Shown: positions 26,001 to 39,100 of the stretch, piece by piece | How positions within the stretch are numbered: the stretch's first letter is position 1 | Layout of the letters: each line of letters opens with the position of its first letter | NCBI GenBank assembly: GCA_002189035.1 | Contig: NEEC01000345.1 | Coordinates: 1 to 48,112, forward strand | From: Utricularia gibba | Lineage: Eukaryota > Plantae > Magnoliophyta | DNA: 48,112 bases | Direction: 5' to 3' | The notes under the pieces: model-generated | Databases searched by the model: none | Told to the model about the DNA's origin: nothing | Seen by the model: only the letters and a program-made list of their open reading frames with translations | Made by a program: the position numbers and the translations under genes

Positions 26001-29000
26001 ACAAATGCTCGAAAGATTGCCTTATATTAGCCTTCAGATGTGCAACGAAGTGGCCACCACGTTCGCGAAAATGTGACTCGGGACACCTGACTCGATGCGA
26101 ATGTGATTTTTGACATGCAAACATATGTATTTCATGTGACGATGTGAAATTTCGGATTTCGAGATGATCATTTAAGATGCCATCGGTGTGTGCTAGCCAC
26201 AACCTCATGGTGGCCTCGTGCACTCTTCGGTATCGAGTGGATATCTTACAAATGGTGATGAGTCATGTTGCACATAGCATACCATTTCGAAGCTCGTTCC
26301 GAGCCGGTCTTTTTTCGTGTGAGAACTTGTTCGTCCGAGGAGGCACAAATGCTCGAAAGATTGCCTTATATTAGCCTTCAGATGTGCAACGAAGTGGCCA
26401 CCACGTTCGCGAAAATGTGACTCGGGACACCTGACTCGATGCGAATGTGATTTTTGACATGCAAAACATATGTATTTCATGTGACGATGTGAAATTTCGG
26501 ATTTCGAGATGATCATTTAAGATGCCATGGGTGTGGCTAGCCACAACCTCATGGTGGCCTCGTGCACTCTTCGGTATCGAGTGGATATCTTGCAAATGGT
26601 GATGAGTCATGTTGCACATATCATACCGTTTCGAAGCTCGTTCCGAGCCGGTCTTCTTTCGTGTTGAGAACTTGTTCGTCCGAGGAGGCACAAATGCTCG
26701 AAAGATTGCCTTATATTAGCCTTCAGATGTGCAACGAAGTGGCCACCACGTTCGCGAAAATGTGACTCGGGACACCTGACTCGATGCGAATGTGATTTTT
26801 GACATGCAAACATATGTATTTCATGTGACGATGTGAAATTTCGGATTTCGAGATGATCATTTAAGATGCATCGTGTGTGGCTAGCCACAACCTCATGGTG
26901 GCCTCGTGCACTCTTCGGTATCGAGTGGATATCTTGCAAATGGTGATGAGTCATGTTGCACATAGCATACCGTTTCGAAGCTCGTTCCGAGCCGGTCTTT
27001 TTTCGTGTTGAGAACTTGTTCGTCCGAGGGGCACAAATGCTCGAAAGATTGCCTTATATTAGCCTTCAGATGTGCAACGAAGTGGCCACCACGTTCGCGA
27101 AAATGTGACTCGGGACACCTGACTCGATGCGAATGTGATTTTTGACATGCAAAACATATGTATTTCATGCGACGATGTGAAATTTCGGATTTCGAGATGA
27201 TCATTTAAGATGCCATGGTGTGTGGCTAGCCACAACCTCATGGTGGCCTCGTGCACTCTTCGGTATCGAGTGGATATCTTGCAAACGGTGATGAGTCATG
27301 TTGCACATAGCATACCGTTTCGAAGCTCGTTCCGAGCCGGTCTTCTTTCGTGTGAGAACTTGTTCGTCCGAGGAGGCACAAATGCTCGAAAGATTGCCTT
27401 ATATTAGCCTTCAGATGTGCAACGAAGTGGCCACCACGTTCGCGAAATGTGACTCGGGACACCTGACTCGATGCGAATGTGATTTTTGACATGCAAAACA
27501 TATGTATTTCATGTGACGATGTGAAATTTCGGATTTCGAGATATCATTTAAGATGCATCGGTGTGTGGCTAGCCACAACCTCATGGTGGCCTCGTGCACT
27601 CTTCGTATCGAGTGGATATCTTACAAATGGTGATGAGTCATGTTGCACAAAGCATACCATTTCGAAGCTCGTTCCGAGCCTTCTTTCGTGTGAGAACTTG
27701 TTCGTCCGAGGAGGCACAAATGCTCGAAAGATTGCCTTATATTAGCCTTCAGATGTGCAACGAAGTGGCCACCACGTTCGCGAAAATGTGACTCGGGACA
27801 CCTGACTCGATGCGAATGTGATTTTTGACATGCAAAACATATGTATTTCATGGACGATGTGAAATTTCGGATTTCGAGATGATCATTTAAGATGCCATCG
27901 GTGTGGCTAGCCACAACCTCATGGTGGCCTCGTGCACTCTTCGGTATCGAGTGGATATCTTGCAAACGGTGATGAGTCATGTTGCACATATCATACCGTT
28001 TCGAAGCTCGTTCCGAGCCGGTCTTCTTTCGTGTTGAGAACTTGTTCGTCCGAGGAGGCACAAATGCTCGAAAGATTGCCTTATATTAGCCTTCAGATGT
28101 GCAACGAAGTGGCCACCACGTTCGCGAAAATGTGACTCGGGACACCTGACTCGATGCGAATGTGATTTTTGACATGCAAAACATATGTATTTCATGTGAC
28201 GATGTGAAATTTCGGATTTCGAGATGATCATTTAAGATGGGTGTGTGGCTAGCCACAACCTCATGGTGGCCTCGTGCACTCTTCGGTATCGAGTGGATAT
28301 CTTACAAATGGTGATGAGTCATGTTGCACATAGCATACCGTTTCGAAGCTCGTTCCGAGCCGGTCTTTTTCGTGTGAGAACTTGTTCGTCCGAGGAGGCA
28401 CAAATGCTCGAAGATTGCCTTATATTAGCCTTCAGATGTGCAACGAAGTGGCCACCACGTTCGCGAAAATGTGACTCGGGACACCTGACTCGATGAATGT
28501 GATTTTTGACATGCAAACATATGTATTTCATGGACGATGTGAAATTTCGGATTTCGAGATGATCATTTAAGATGCCATCGGTGTGTCCTAGCCACAACCT
28601 CATGGTGGCCTCGTGCACTCTTCGGTATCGAGTGGATATCTTGCAAACGGTGATGAGTCATGTTGCACATATCATACCATTTCGAAGCTCGTTCCGAGCC
28701 GGTCTTTTTTCGTGTTGAGAACTTGTTCGTCGAGGAGGCACAAATGCTCGAAAGATTGCCTTATATTAGCCTTCAGATGTGCAACGAAGTGGCCACCACG
28801 TTCGCGAAAATGTGACTCGGACACCTGACTCGATGCGAATGTGATTTTTGACATGCAAACATATGTATTTCATGCGACGATGTGAAATTTCGGATTTCGA
28901 GATGATCATTTAAGATGCATCGTGTGTGGCTAGCCACAACCTCATGGTGGCCTCGTGCACTCTTCGGTATCGAGTGGATATCTTACAAATGGTGATGAGT

Positions 29001-32000
29001 CATGTTTGCACAAGCATACCGTTTCGAAGCTCGTTCCGAGCCGGTCTTTTTCGTGTGAGAACTTGTTCGTCCGAGGAGGCACAAATGCTCGAAAGATTGC
29101 CTTATATTAGCCTTCAGATGTGCAACGAAGTGGCCACCACGTTCGCGAAAATGTGACTCGGGACACCTGACTCGATGCGAATGTGATTTTTGACATGCAA
29201 AACATATGTATTTCATGGACGATGTGAAATTTCGGATTTCGAGATGATCATTTAAGATGCCATCGGTGTGTGGCTAGCCACAACCTCATGGTGGCCTCGT
29301 GCACTCTTCGGTATCGAGTGGATATCTTGCAAATGGTGATGAGTCATGTTGCACATAGCATACCGTTTCGAAGCTCGTTCCGAGCCGGTCTTTCGTGTTG
29401 AGAACTTGTTCGTCCGAGAGGCACAAATGCTCGAAAGATTGCCTTATATTAGCCTTCAGATGTGCAACGAAGTGGCCACCACGTTCGCGAAAATGTGACT
29501 CGGGACACCTGACTCGATGCGAATGTGATTTTTGACATGCAAAACATATGTATTTCATGTGACGATGTGAAATTTCGGATTTCGAGATGATCATTTAAGA
29601 TGCCATCGGTGTGTGGCTAGCCACAACCTCATGGTGGCCTCGTGCACTCTTCGGTATCGAGTGGATATCTTACAAATGGTGATGAGTCATGTTGCACAAA
29701 GCATACCATTTCGAAGCTCGTTCCGAGCCGGTCTTTTTTCGTGTGAGAACTTGTTCGTCCGAGGAGGCACAAATGCTCGAAAGATTGCCTTATATTAGCC
29801 TTCAGATGTGCAACGAAGTGGCCACCACGTTCGCGAAAATGTGACTCGGGACACCTGACTCGATGCGAATGTGATTTTTGACATGCAAAACATATGTATT
29901 TCATGGACGATGTGAAATTTCGGATTTCGAGATGATCATTTAAGATGCCATCGGTGTGTGGCTAGCCACAACCTCATGGTGGCCTCGTGCACTCTTCGGT
30001 ATCGAGTGGATATCTTGCAACGGTGATGAGTCATGTTGCACATCATACCGTTTCGAAGCTCGTTCCGAGCCGGTCTTTTTTCGTGTGAGAGAACTTGTTC
30101 GTCCGAGGAGGCACAAATGCTCGAAAGATTGCCTTATATTAGCCTTCAGATGTGCAACGAAGTGGCCACCACGTTCGCGAAAATGTGACTCGGGACACCT
30201 GACTCGATGCGAATGTGATTTTTGACATGCAAAACATATGTATTTCATGGACGATGTGAAATTTCGGATTTCGAGATGATCATTTAAGATGCCATGGTGT
30301 GTCCCTAGCCACAACCTCATGGTGGCCTCGTGCACTCTTCGGTATCGAGTGGATATCTTACAAATGGTGATGAGTCATGTTGCACATAGCATACCGTTTC
30401 GAAGCTCGTTCCGAGCCTTTCGTGTGAGAACTTGTTCGTCCGAGGAGGCAAAATGCTCGAAAGATTGCCTTATATTAGCCTTCAGATGTGCAACGAAGTG
30501 GCCACCACGTTCGCGAAAATGTGACTCGGGACACCTGACTCGATGCGAATGTGATTTTTGACATGCAAAACATATGTATTTCATGTGACGATGTGAAATT
30601 TCGGATTTCGAGATGATCATTTAAGATGCCATCGGTGTGTGGCTAGCCACAACCTCATGGTGGCCTCGTGCACTCTTCGGTATCGAGTGGATATCTTACA
30701 AATGGTGATGAGTCATGTTGCACATAGCATACCGTTTCGAAGCTCGTTCCGAGCCGGTCTTTTTTCGTGTGAGAACTTGTTCGTCCGAGGAGGCACAAAT
30801 GCTCGAAAGATTGCCTTATATTAGCCTTCAGATGTGCAACGAAGTGGCCACCACGTTCGCGAAAATGTGACTCGGGACACCTGACTCGATGCGAATGTGA
30901 TTTTTGACATGCAAACATATGTATTTCATGGACGATGTGAAATTTCGGATTTCGAGATGATCATTTAAGATGCCATCGGTGTGTCCCTAGCCACAACCTC
31001 ATGGTGGCCTCGTGCACTCTTCGGTATCGAGTGGATATCTTGCAAACGGTGATGAGTCATGTTGCACATAGCATACCGTTTCGAAGCTCGTTCCGAGCCG
31101 GTCTTTTTTCGTGTTGAGAACTTGTTCGTCCGAGGAGGCACAAATGCTCGAAAGATTGCCTTATATTAGCCTTTCAGATGTGCAACGAAGTGGCCACCAC
31201 GTTCGCGAAAATGTGACTCGGGACACCTGACTCGATGCGAATGTGATTTTTGACATGCAAAACATATGTATTTCATGGACGATGTGAAATTTCATTTCGA
31301 GATGATCATTTAAGATGCCATCGGTGTGTGGCTAGCCACAACCTCATGGTGGCCTCGTGCACTCTTCGGTATCGAGTGGATATCTTGCAAACGGTGATGA
31401 GTCATGTTGCACATAGCATACCGTTTCGAAGCTCGTTCCGAGCCGGTCTTTTTTCGTGTGAGAACTTGTTCGTCCGAGAGGCACAAATGCTCGAAAGATT
31501 GCCTTTATAGCCTTCAGATGTGCAACGAAGTGGCCACCACGTTCGCGAAAATGTGACTCGGGACACCTGACTCGATGCGAATGTGATTTTTGACATGCAA
31601 AACATATGTATTTCATGGACGATGTGAAATTTGGATTTCGAGATGATCATTTAAGATGCCATCGGTGTGTGGCTAGCCACAACCTCATGGTGGCCTCGTG
31701 CACTCTTCGGTATCGAGTGGATATCTTGCAAATGGTGATGAGTCATGTTGCACATATCATACCGTTTCGAAGCTCGTTCCGAGCCGGTCTTCTTTCGTGT
31801 GAGAACTTGTTCGTCCGAGGGCACAAATGCTCGAAAGATTGCCTTATATTAGCCTTCAGATGTGCAACGAAGTGGCCACCACGTTCGCGAAAATGTGACT
31901 CGGACACCTGACTCGATGCGAATGTGATTTTTGACATGCAAAACATATGTATTTCATGGACGATGTGAAATTTCGGATTTCGAGATGATCATTTAAGATG

Positions 32001-35000
32001 CCATGGTGTGTGGCTAGCCACAACCTCATGGTGGCCTCGTGCACTCTTCGGTATCGAGTGGATATCTTACAATGGTGATGAGTCATGTTGCACATAGCAT
32101 ACCGTTTCGAAGCTCGTTCCGAGCCGGTCTTTTTCGTGTTGAGAACTTGTTCGTCCGAGGAGGCACAAATGCTCGAAAGATTGCCTTATATTAGCCTTCA
32201 GATGTGCAACGAAGTGGCCACCACGTTCGCGAAAATGTGACTCGGGACACCTGACTCGATGCGAATGTGATTTTTGACATGCAAACATATGTATTTCATG
32301 GACGATAAATTTCGGATTTCGAGATGATCATTTAAGATGCCATGGGTGTGTCCCTAGCCACAACCTCATGGTGGCCTCGTGCACTCTTCGGTATCGAGTG
32401 GATATCTTGCAAATGGTGATGAGTCATGTTGCACATATCATACCGTTTCGAAGCTCGTTCCGAGCCGGTCTTTTTTCGTGTTGAGAACTTGTTCGTCCGA
32501 GGAGGCACAAATGCTCGAAAGATTGCCTTATATTAGCCTTCAGATGTGCAACGAAGTGGCCACCACGTTCGCGAAAATGTGACTCGGGACACCTGACTCG
32601 ATGCGAATGTGATTTTTGACATGCAAAACATATGTATTTCATGGACGATGTGAAATTTCGGATTTCGAGATGATCATTTAAGATGCATGGGTGTGTGGCT
32701 AGCCACAACCTCATGGTGGCCTCGTGCACTCTTCGGTATCGAGTGGATATCTTACAAATGGTGATGAGTCATGTTGCACATAGCATACCGTTTCGAAGCT
32801 CGTTCCGAGCCGGTCTTTTTTCGTGTGAGAACTTGTTCGTCCGAGGAGGCACAAATGCTCGAAAGATTGCCTTATATTAGCCTTCAGATGTGCAACGAAG
32901 TGGCCACCACGTTCGCGAAAATGTGACTCGGGACACCTGACTCGATGCGAATGTGATTTTTGACATGCAAAACATATGTATTTCATGGACGATGTGAAAT
33001 TTCGGATTTCGAGATGATCATTTAAGATGCCATCGGTGTGTGGCTAGCCACAACCTCATGGTGGCCTCGTGCACTCTTCGGTATCGAGTGGATATCTTGC
33101 AAATGGTGATGAGTCATGTTGCACATAGCATACCATTTCGAAGCTCGTTCCGAGCCTTCTTTCGTGTGAGAACTTGTTCGTCCGAGGAGGCACAAATGCT
33201 CGAAAGATTGCCTTATATTAGCCTTCAGATGTGCAACGAAGTGGCCACCACGTTCGCGAAAATGTGACTCGGGACACCTGACTCGATGCGAATGTGATTT
33301 TTGACATGCAAAAATATGTATTTCATGGACGATGTGAAATTTCGGATTTCGAGATGATCATTTAAGATGCCATCGGTGTGTCCCTAGCCACAACCTCATG
33401 GTGGCCTCGTGCACTCTTCGGTATCGAGTGGATATCTTACAAACGGTGATGAGTCATGTTGCACAAAGCATACCATTTCGAAGCTCGTTCCGAGCCGGTC
33501 TTTTTTCGTGTGGAGAACTTGTTCGTCCGAGGAGGCACAAATGCTCGAAAGATTGCCTTATATTAGCCTTCAGATGTGCAACGAAGTGGCCACCACGTTC
33601 GCGAAAATGTGACTCGGACACCTGACTCGATGCGAATGTGATTTTTGACATGCAAAACATATGTATTTCATGGACGATGTGAAATTTCGGATTTCGAGAT
33701 GATCATTTAAGATGCCATCGTGTGTGGCTAGCCACAACCTCATGGTGGCCTCGTGCACTCTTCGGTATCGAGTGGATATCTTACAAATGGTGATGAGTCA
33801 TGTTGCACAAAGCATACCATTTCGAAGCTCGTTCCGAGCCGTCTTTTTTCGTGTGAGAACTTGTTCGTCCGAGGAGGCACAAATGCTCGAAAGATTGCCT
33901 TATATTAGCCTTCAGATGTGCAACGAAGTGGCCACCACGTTCGCGAAAATGTGACTCGGGACACCTGACTCGATGCGAATGTGATTTTTGACATGCAAAA
34001 CATATGTATTTCATGGACGATGTGAAATTTCGGATTTCGAGATGATCATTTAAGATGCCATGGGTGTGTCCCTAGCCACAACCTCATGGTGGCCTCGTGC
34101 ACTCTTCGGTATCGAGTGGATATCTTGCAAACGGTGATGAGTCATGTTGCACATAGCATACCGTTTCGAAGCTCGTTCCGAGCCGGTCTTCTTTCGTGTT
34201 GAGAACTTGTTCGTCCGAGGAGGCACAAATGCTCGAAAGATTGCCTTATATTAGCCTTCAGATGTGCAACGAAGTGGCCACCACGTTCGCGAAAATGTGA
34301 CTCGGGACACCTGACTCGATGCGAATGTGATTTTTGACATGCAAAACATATGTATTTCATGGACGATGTGAAATTTCGGATTTCGAGATGATCATTTAAG
34401 ATGCCATCGGTGTGTGGCTAGCCACAACCTCATGGTGGCCTCGTGCACTCTTCGTATCGAGTGGATATCTTGCAAACGGTGATGAGTCATGTTGCACATA
34501 GCATACCGTTTCGAAGCTCGTTCCGAGCCGGTCTTTTTTCGTGTGAGAACTTGTTCGTCCGAGGAGGCACAAATGCTCGAAAGATTGCCTTATATTAGCC
34601 TTCAGATGTGCAACGAAGTGGCCACCACGTTCGCGAAAATGTGACTCGGGACACCTGACTCGATGCGAATGTGATTTTTGACATGCAAAACATATGTATT
34701 TCATGGACGATGTGAAATTTCGGATTTCGAGATGATCATTTAAGATGCCATCGGTGTGTCCCTAGCCACAACCTCATGGTGGCCTCGTGCACTCTTCGGT
34801 ATCGAGTGGATATCTTACAAATGGTGATGAGTCATGTTGCACATAGCATACCGTTTCGAAGCTCGTTCCGAGCCGGTCTTTTTTCGTGTGAGAACTTGTT
34901 CGTCCGAGGAGGCACAAATGCTCGAAAGATTGCCTTATATTAGCCTTCAGATGTGCAACGAAGTGGCCACCACGTTCGCGAAAATGTGACTCGGACACCT

Positions 35001-35776
35001 GACTCGATGCGAATGTGATTTTTGACATGCAAACATATGTATTTCATGGACGATGTGAAATTTCGGATTTCGAGATGATCATTTAAGATGCATCGGTGTG
35101 TGGCTAGCCACAACCTCATGGTGGCCTCGTGCACTCTTCGGTATCGAGTGGATATCTTACAATGGTGATGAGTCATGTTGCACATATCATACCGTTTCGA
35201 AGCTCGTTCCGAGCCGGTCTTCTTTCGTGTTGAGAACTTGTTCGTCCGAGGAGGCACAAATGCTCGAAAGATTGCCTTATATTAGCCTTCAGATGTGCAA
35301 CGAAGTGGCCACCACGTTCGCGAAAATGTGACTCGGACACCTGACTCGATGCGAATGTGATTTTTGACATGCAAAAACATATGTATTTCATGGACGATGT
35401 GAAATTTCGGATTTCGAGATGATCATTTAAGATGCCATCGGTGTGTGGCTAGCCACAACCTCATGGTGGCCTCGTGCACTCTTCGGTATCGAGTGGATAT
35501 CTTACAAATGGTGATGAGTCATGTTGCACAAAGCATACCGTTTCGAAGCTCGTTCCGAGCCGGTCTTTTTTCGTGTTGAGAACTTGTTCGTCCGAGGAGG
35601 CACAAATGCTCGAAAGATTGCCTTATATTAGCCTTCAGATGTGCAACGAAGTGGCCACCACGTTCGCGAAAATGTGACTCGGGACACCTGACTCGATGCG
35701 AATGTGATTTTTGACATGCAAAAACATATGTATTTCATGTGACGATGTGAAATTTCGGATTTCGAGATGATCATTT
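20032..35776. repeat. Sub-array B (tgtGGctag, ccatCgg, cttAcaa, caAagcata, accAttt, gtgt-gaga, catgTgacg)
   Basis: caaagcata is confined to ~20120-35530 and accattt to ~20476-33820. cttacaa lies almost entirely in ~19480-35500 (outliers ~38235, ~45800). aaaTgg is present in about 36 of 46 monomers. Confidence 0.8.
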
Positions 35777-36104
35777 AAGATGCCATGGGGTGTGGCTAGC
35801 CACAACCTCATGTGGCCTCGTGCACTCTTCGGTATCGAGTGGATATCTTGCAAACGGTGATGAGTCATGTTGCACATATCATACCGTTTCGAAGCTCGTT
35901 CCGAGCCAGTCTTCTTTCGTGTGAGAACTTGTTCGTCCGAGGAGGCACAAATGCTCGAAAGATTGCCTTATATTAGCCTTCAGATGTGCAACGAAGTGGC
36001 CACCACGTTCGCGAAAATGTGACTCGGGACACCTGACTCGATGCGAATGTGATTTTTGACATGCAAAACATATGTATTTCATGGACGATGTGAAATTTCG
36101 GATT

Positions 36105-36128
36105 TCGAGATGATCATCGAGATGATCA
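36105..36128. repeat. 12-bp tandem duplication (tcgagatgatca x2) inside one monomer
   Basis: The sequence reads gatt-tcgagatgatca-tcgagatgatca-tttagatg. It is the only multi-base insertion I found in the array. Confidence 0.9.
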
Positions 36129-39100
36129 TTTAGATGCCGGTGTGTGGCTAGCCACAACCTCATGGTGGCCTCGTGCACTCTTCGGTATCGAGTGGATATC
36201 TTGCAAATGATGAGTCATGTTGCACATATCATACCGTTTCGAAGCTCGTCCGAGCCGTCTTTTTCGTGTTGAGAACTTGTTCGTCCGAGGAGGCACAAAT
36301 GCTCGAAAGATTGCCTTATATTAGCCTTCAGATGTGCAACGAAGTGGCCACCACGTTCGCGAAAATGTGACTCGGACACCTGACTCGATGCGAATGTGAT
36401 TTTTGACATGCAAAACATATGTATTTCATGGACGATGTGAAATTTCGGATTTCGAGATGATCATTTAAGATGCCATGGTGTGTCTAGCCACAACCTCATG
36501 GTGGCCTCGTGCACTCTTCGGTATCGAGTGGATATCTTGCAAACGGTGATGAGTCATGTTGCACATATCATACCGTTTCGAAGCTCGTTCCGAGCCGTCT
36601 TCTTTCGTGTTGAGAACTTGTTCGTCCGAGGAGGCACAAATGCTCGAAAGATTGCCTTATATTAGCCTTCAGATGTGCAACGAAGTGGCCACCACGTTCG
36701 CGAAAATGTGACTCGGGACACCTGACTCGATGCGAATGTGATTTTTGACATGCAAAACATATGTATTTCATGGACGATGTGAAATTTGGATTTCGAGATG
36801 ATCATTTAAGATGCCATCGGTGTGTCTAGCCACAACCTCATGGTGGCCTCGTGCACTCTTCGGTATCGAGTGGATATCTTGCAAACGGTGATGAGTCATG
36901 TTGCACATAATTTCGAAGCTCGTTCCGAGCCGTCTTCTTTCGTGTTGAGAACTTGTTCGTCCGAGGAGGCACAAATGCTCGAAAGATTGCCTTATATTAG
37001 CCTTCAGATGTGCAACGAAGTGGCCACCACGTTCGCGAAAATGTGACTCGGGACACCTGACTCGATGCGAATGTGATTTTTGACATGCAAACATATGTAT
37101 TTCATGGACGATGTGAATTTCGGATTTCGAGATGATTTTAAGATGCTGGTGTGTGGCTAGCCACAACCTCATGGTGGCCTCGTGCACTCTTCGGTATCGA
37201 GTGGATATCTTGCACGGTGATGAGTCATGTTGCACATATCATACCGTTTCGAAGCTCGTTCCGAGCCGTCTTTTTTCGTGTTGAGAACTTGTTCGTCCGA
37301 GGAGGCACAAATGCTCGAAAGATTGCCTTATATTAGCCTTCAGATGTGCAACGAAGTGGCCACCACGTTCGCGAAAATGTGACTCGGGACACCTGACTCG
37401 ATGCGAATGTGATTTTTGACATGCAAAACATATGTATTTCATGGACGATGTGAAATTTCGGATTTCGAGATGATCATTTAAGATGCCATCGGGTGTGTCC
37501 TAGCCACAACCTCATGGTGGCTCGTGCACTCTTCGGTATCGAGTGGATATCTTGCAAACGGTGATGAGTCATGTTGCACATACCGTTTCGAAGCTCGTTC
37601 CGAGCCGTCTTCTTTCGTGTTGAGAACTTGTTCGTCCGAGGAGGCACAAATGCTCGAAAGATTGCCTTATATTAGCCTTCAGATGTGCAACGAAGTGGCC
37701 ACCACGTTCGCGAAAATGTGACTCGGGACACCTGACTCGATGCGAATGTGATTTTTGACATGCAAACATATGTATTTCATGGACGATGTGAAATTTCGGA
37801 TTTCGAGATGATCATTTAAGATGCCATCGGTGTGTGGCTAGCCACAACCTCATGGTGGCCTCGTGCACTCTTCGGTATCGAGTGGATATCTTGCAAATGG
37901 TGATGAGTCATGTTGCACATATCATACCGTTTCGAAGCTCGTTCCGAGCCGGTCTTTTTCGTGTTGAGAACTTGTTCGTCCGAGGAGGCACAAATGCTCG
38001 AAAGATTGCCTTATATTAGCCTTCAGATGTGCAACGAAGTGGCCACCACGTTCGCGAAAATGTGACTCGGACACCTGACTCGATGCGAATGTGATTTTTG
38101 ACATGCAAAACATATGTATTTCATGGACGATGTGAAATTTCGGATTTCGAGATGATCATTTAAGATGCCATCGGTGTGTGGCTAGCCACAACCTCATGGT
38201 GGCCTCGTGCACTCTTCGGTATCGAGTGGATATCTTACAAATGGTGATGAGTCATGTTGCACATATCATACCGTTTCGAAGCTCGTTCCGAGCCGGTCTT
38301 TTTCGTGTTGAGAACTTGTTCGTCCGAGGAGGCACAAATGCTCGAAAGATTGCCTTATATTAGCCTTCAGATGTGCAACGAAGTGGCCACCACGTTCGCG
38401 AAAATGTGACTCGGGACACCTGACTCGATGCGAATGTGATTTTTGACATGCAAAACATATGTATTTCATGGACGATGTGAATTTCGGATTTCGAGATGAT
38501 CATTTAAGATGCCATCGGTGTGTGGCTAGCCACAACCATGGTGGCCTCGTGCACTCTTCGGTATCGAGTGGATATCTTGCAAACGGTGATGAGTCATGTT
38601 GCACATATCATACCGTTTCGAAGCTCGTTCCGAGCCGTCTTCTTTCGTGTTGAGAACTTGTTCGTCCGAGGAGGCACAAATGCTCGAAAGATTGCCTTAT
38701 ATTAGCCTTCAGATGTGCAACGAAGTGGCCACCACGTTCGCGAAAATGTGACTCGGACACCTGACTCGATGCGAATGTGATTTTTGACATGCAAAACATA
38801 TGTATTTCATGGACGATGTGAAATTTCGGATTTCGAGATGATCATTTAAGATGCCATCGGTGTGTGGCTAGCCACAACCTCATGGTGGCCTCGTGCACTC
38901 TTCGGTATCGAGTGGATATCTTGCAAACGGTGATGAGTCATGTTGCACATATCATACCGTTTCGAAGCTCGTTCCGAGCCGGTCTTTTTTCGTGTTGAGA
39001 ACTTGTTCGTCCGAGGAGGCACAAATGCTCGAAAGATTGCCTTATATTAGCCTTCAGATGTGCAACGAAGTGGCCACCACGTTCGCGAAAATGTGACTCG

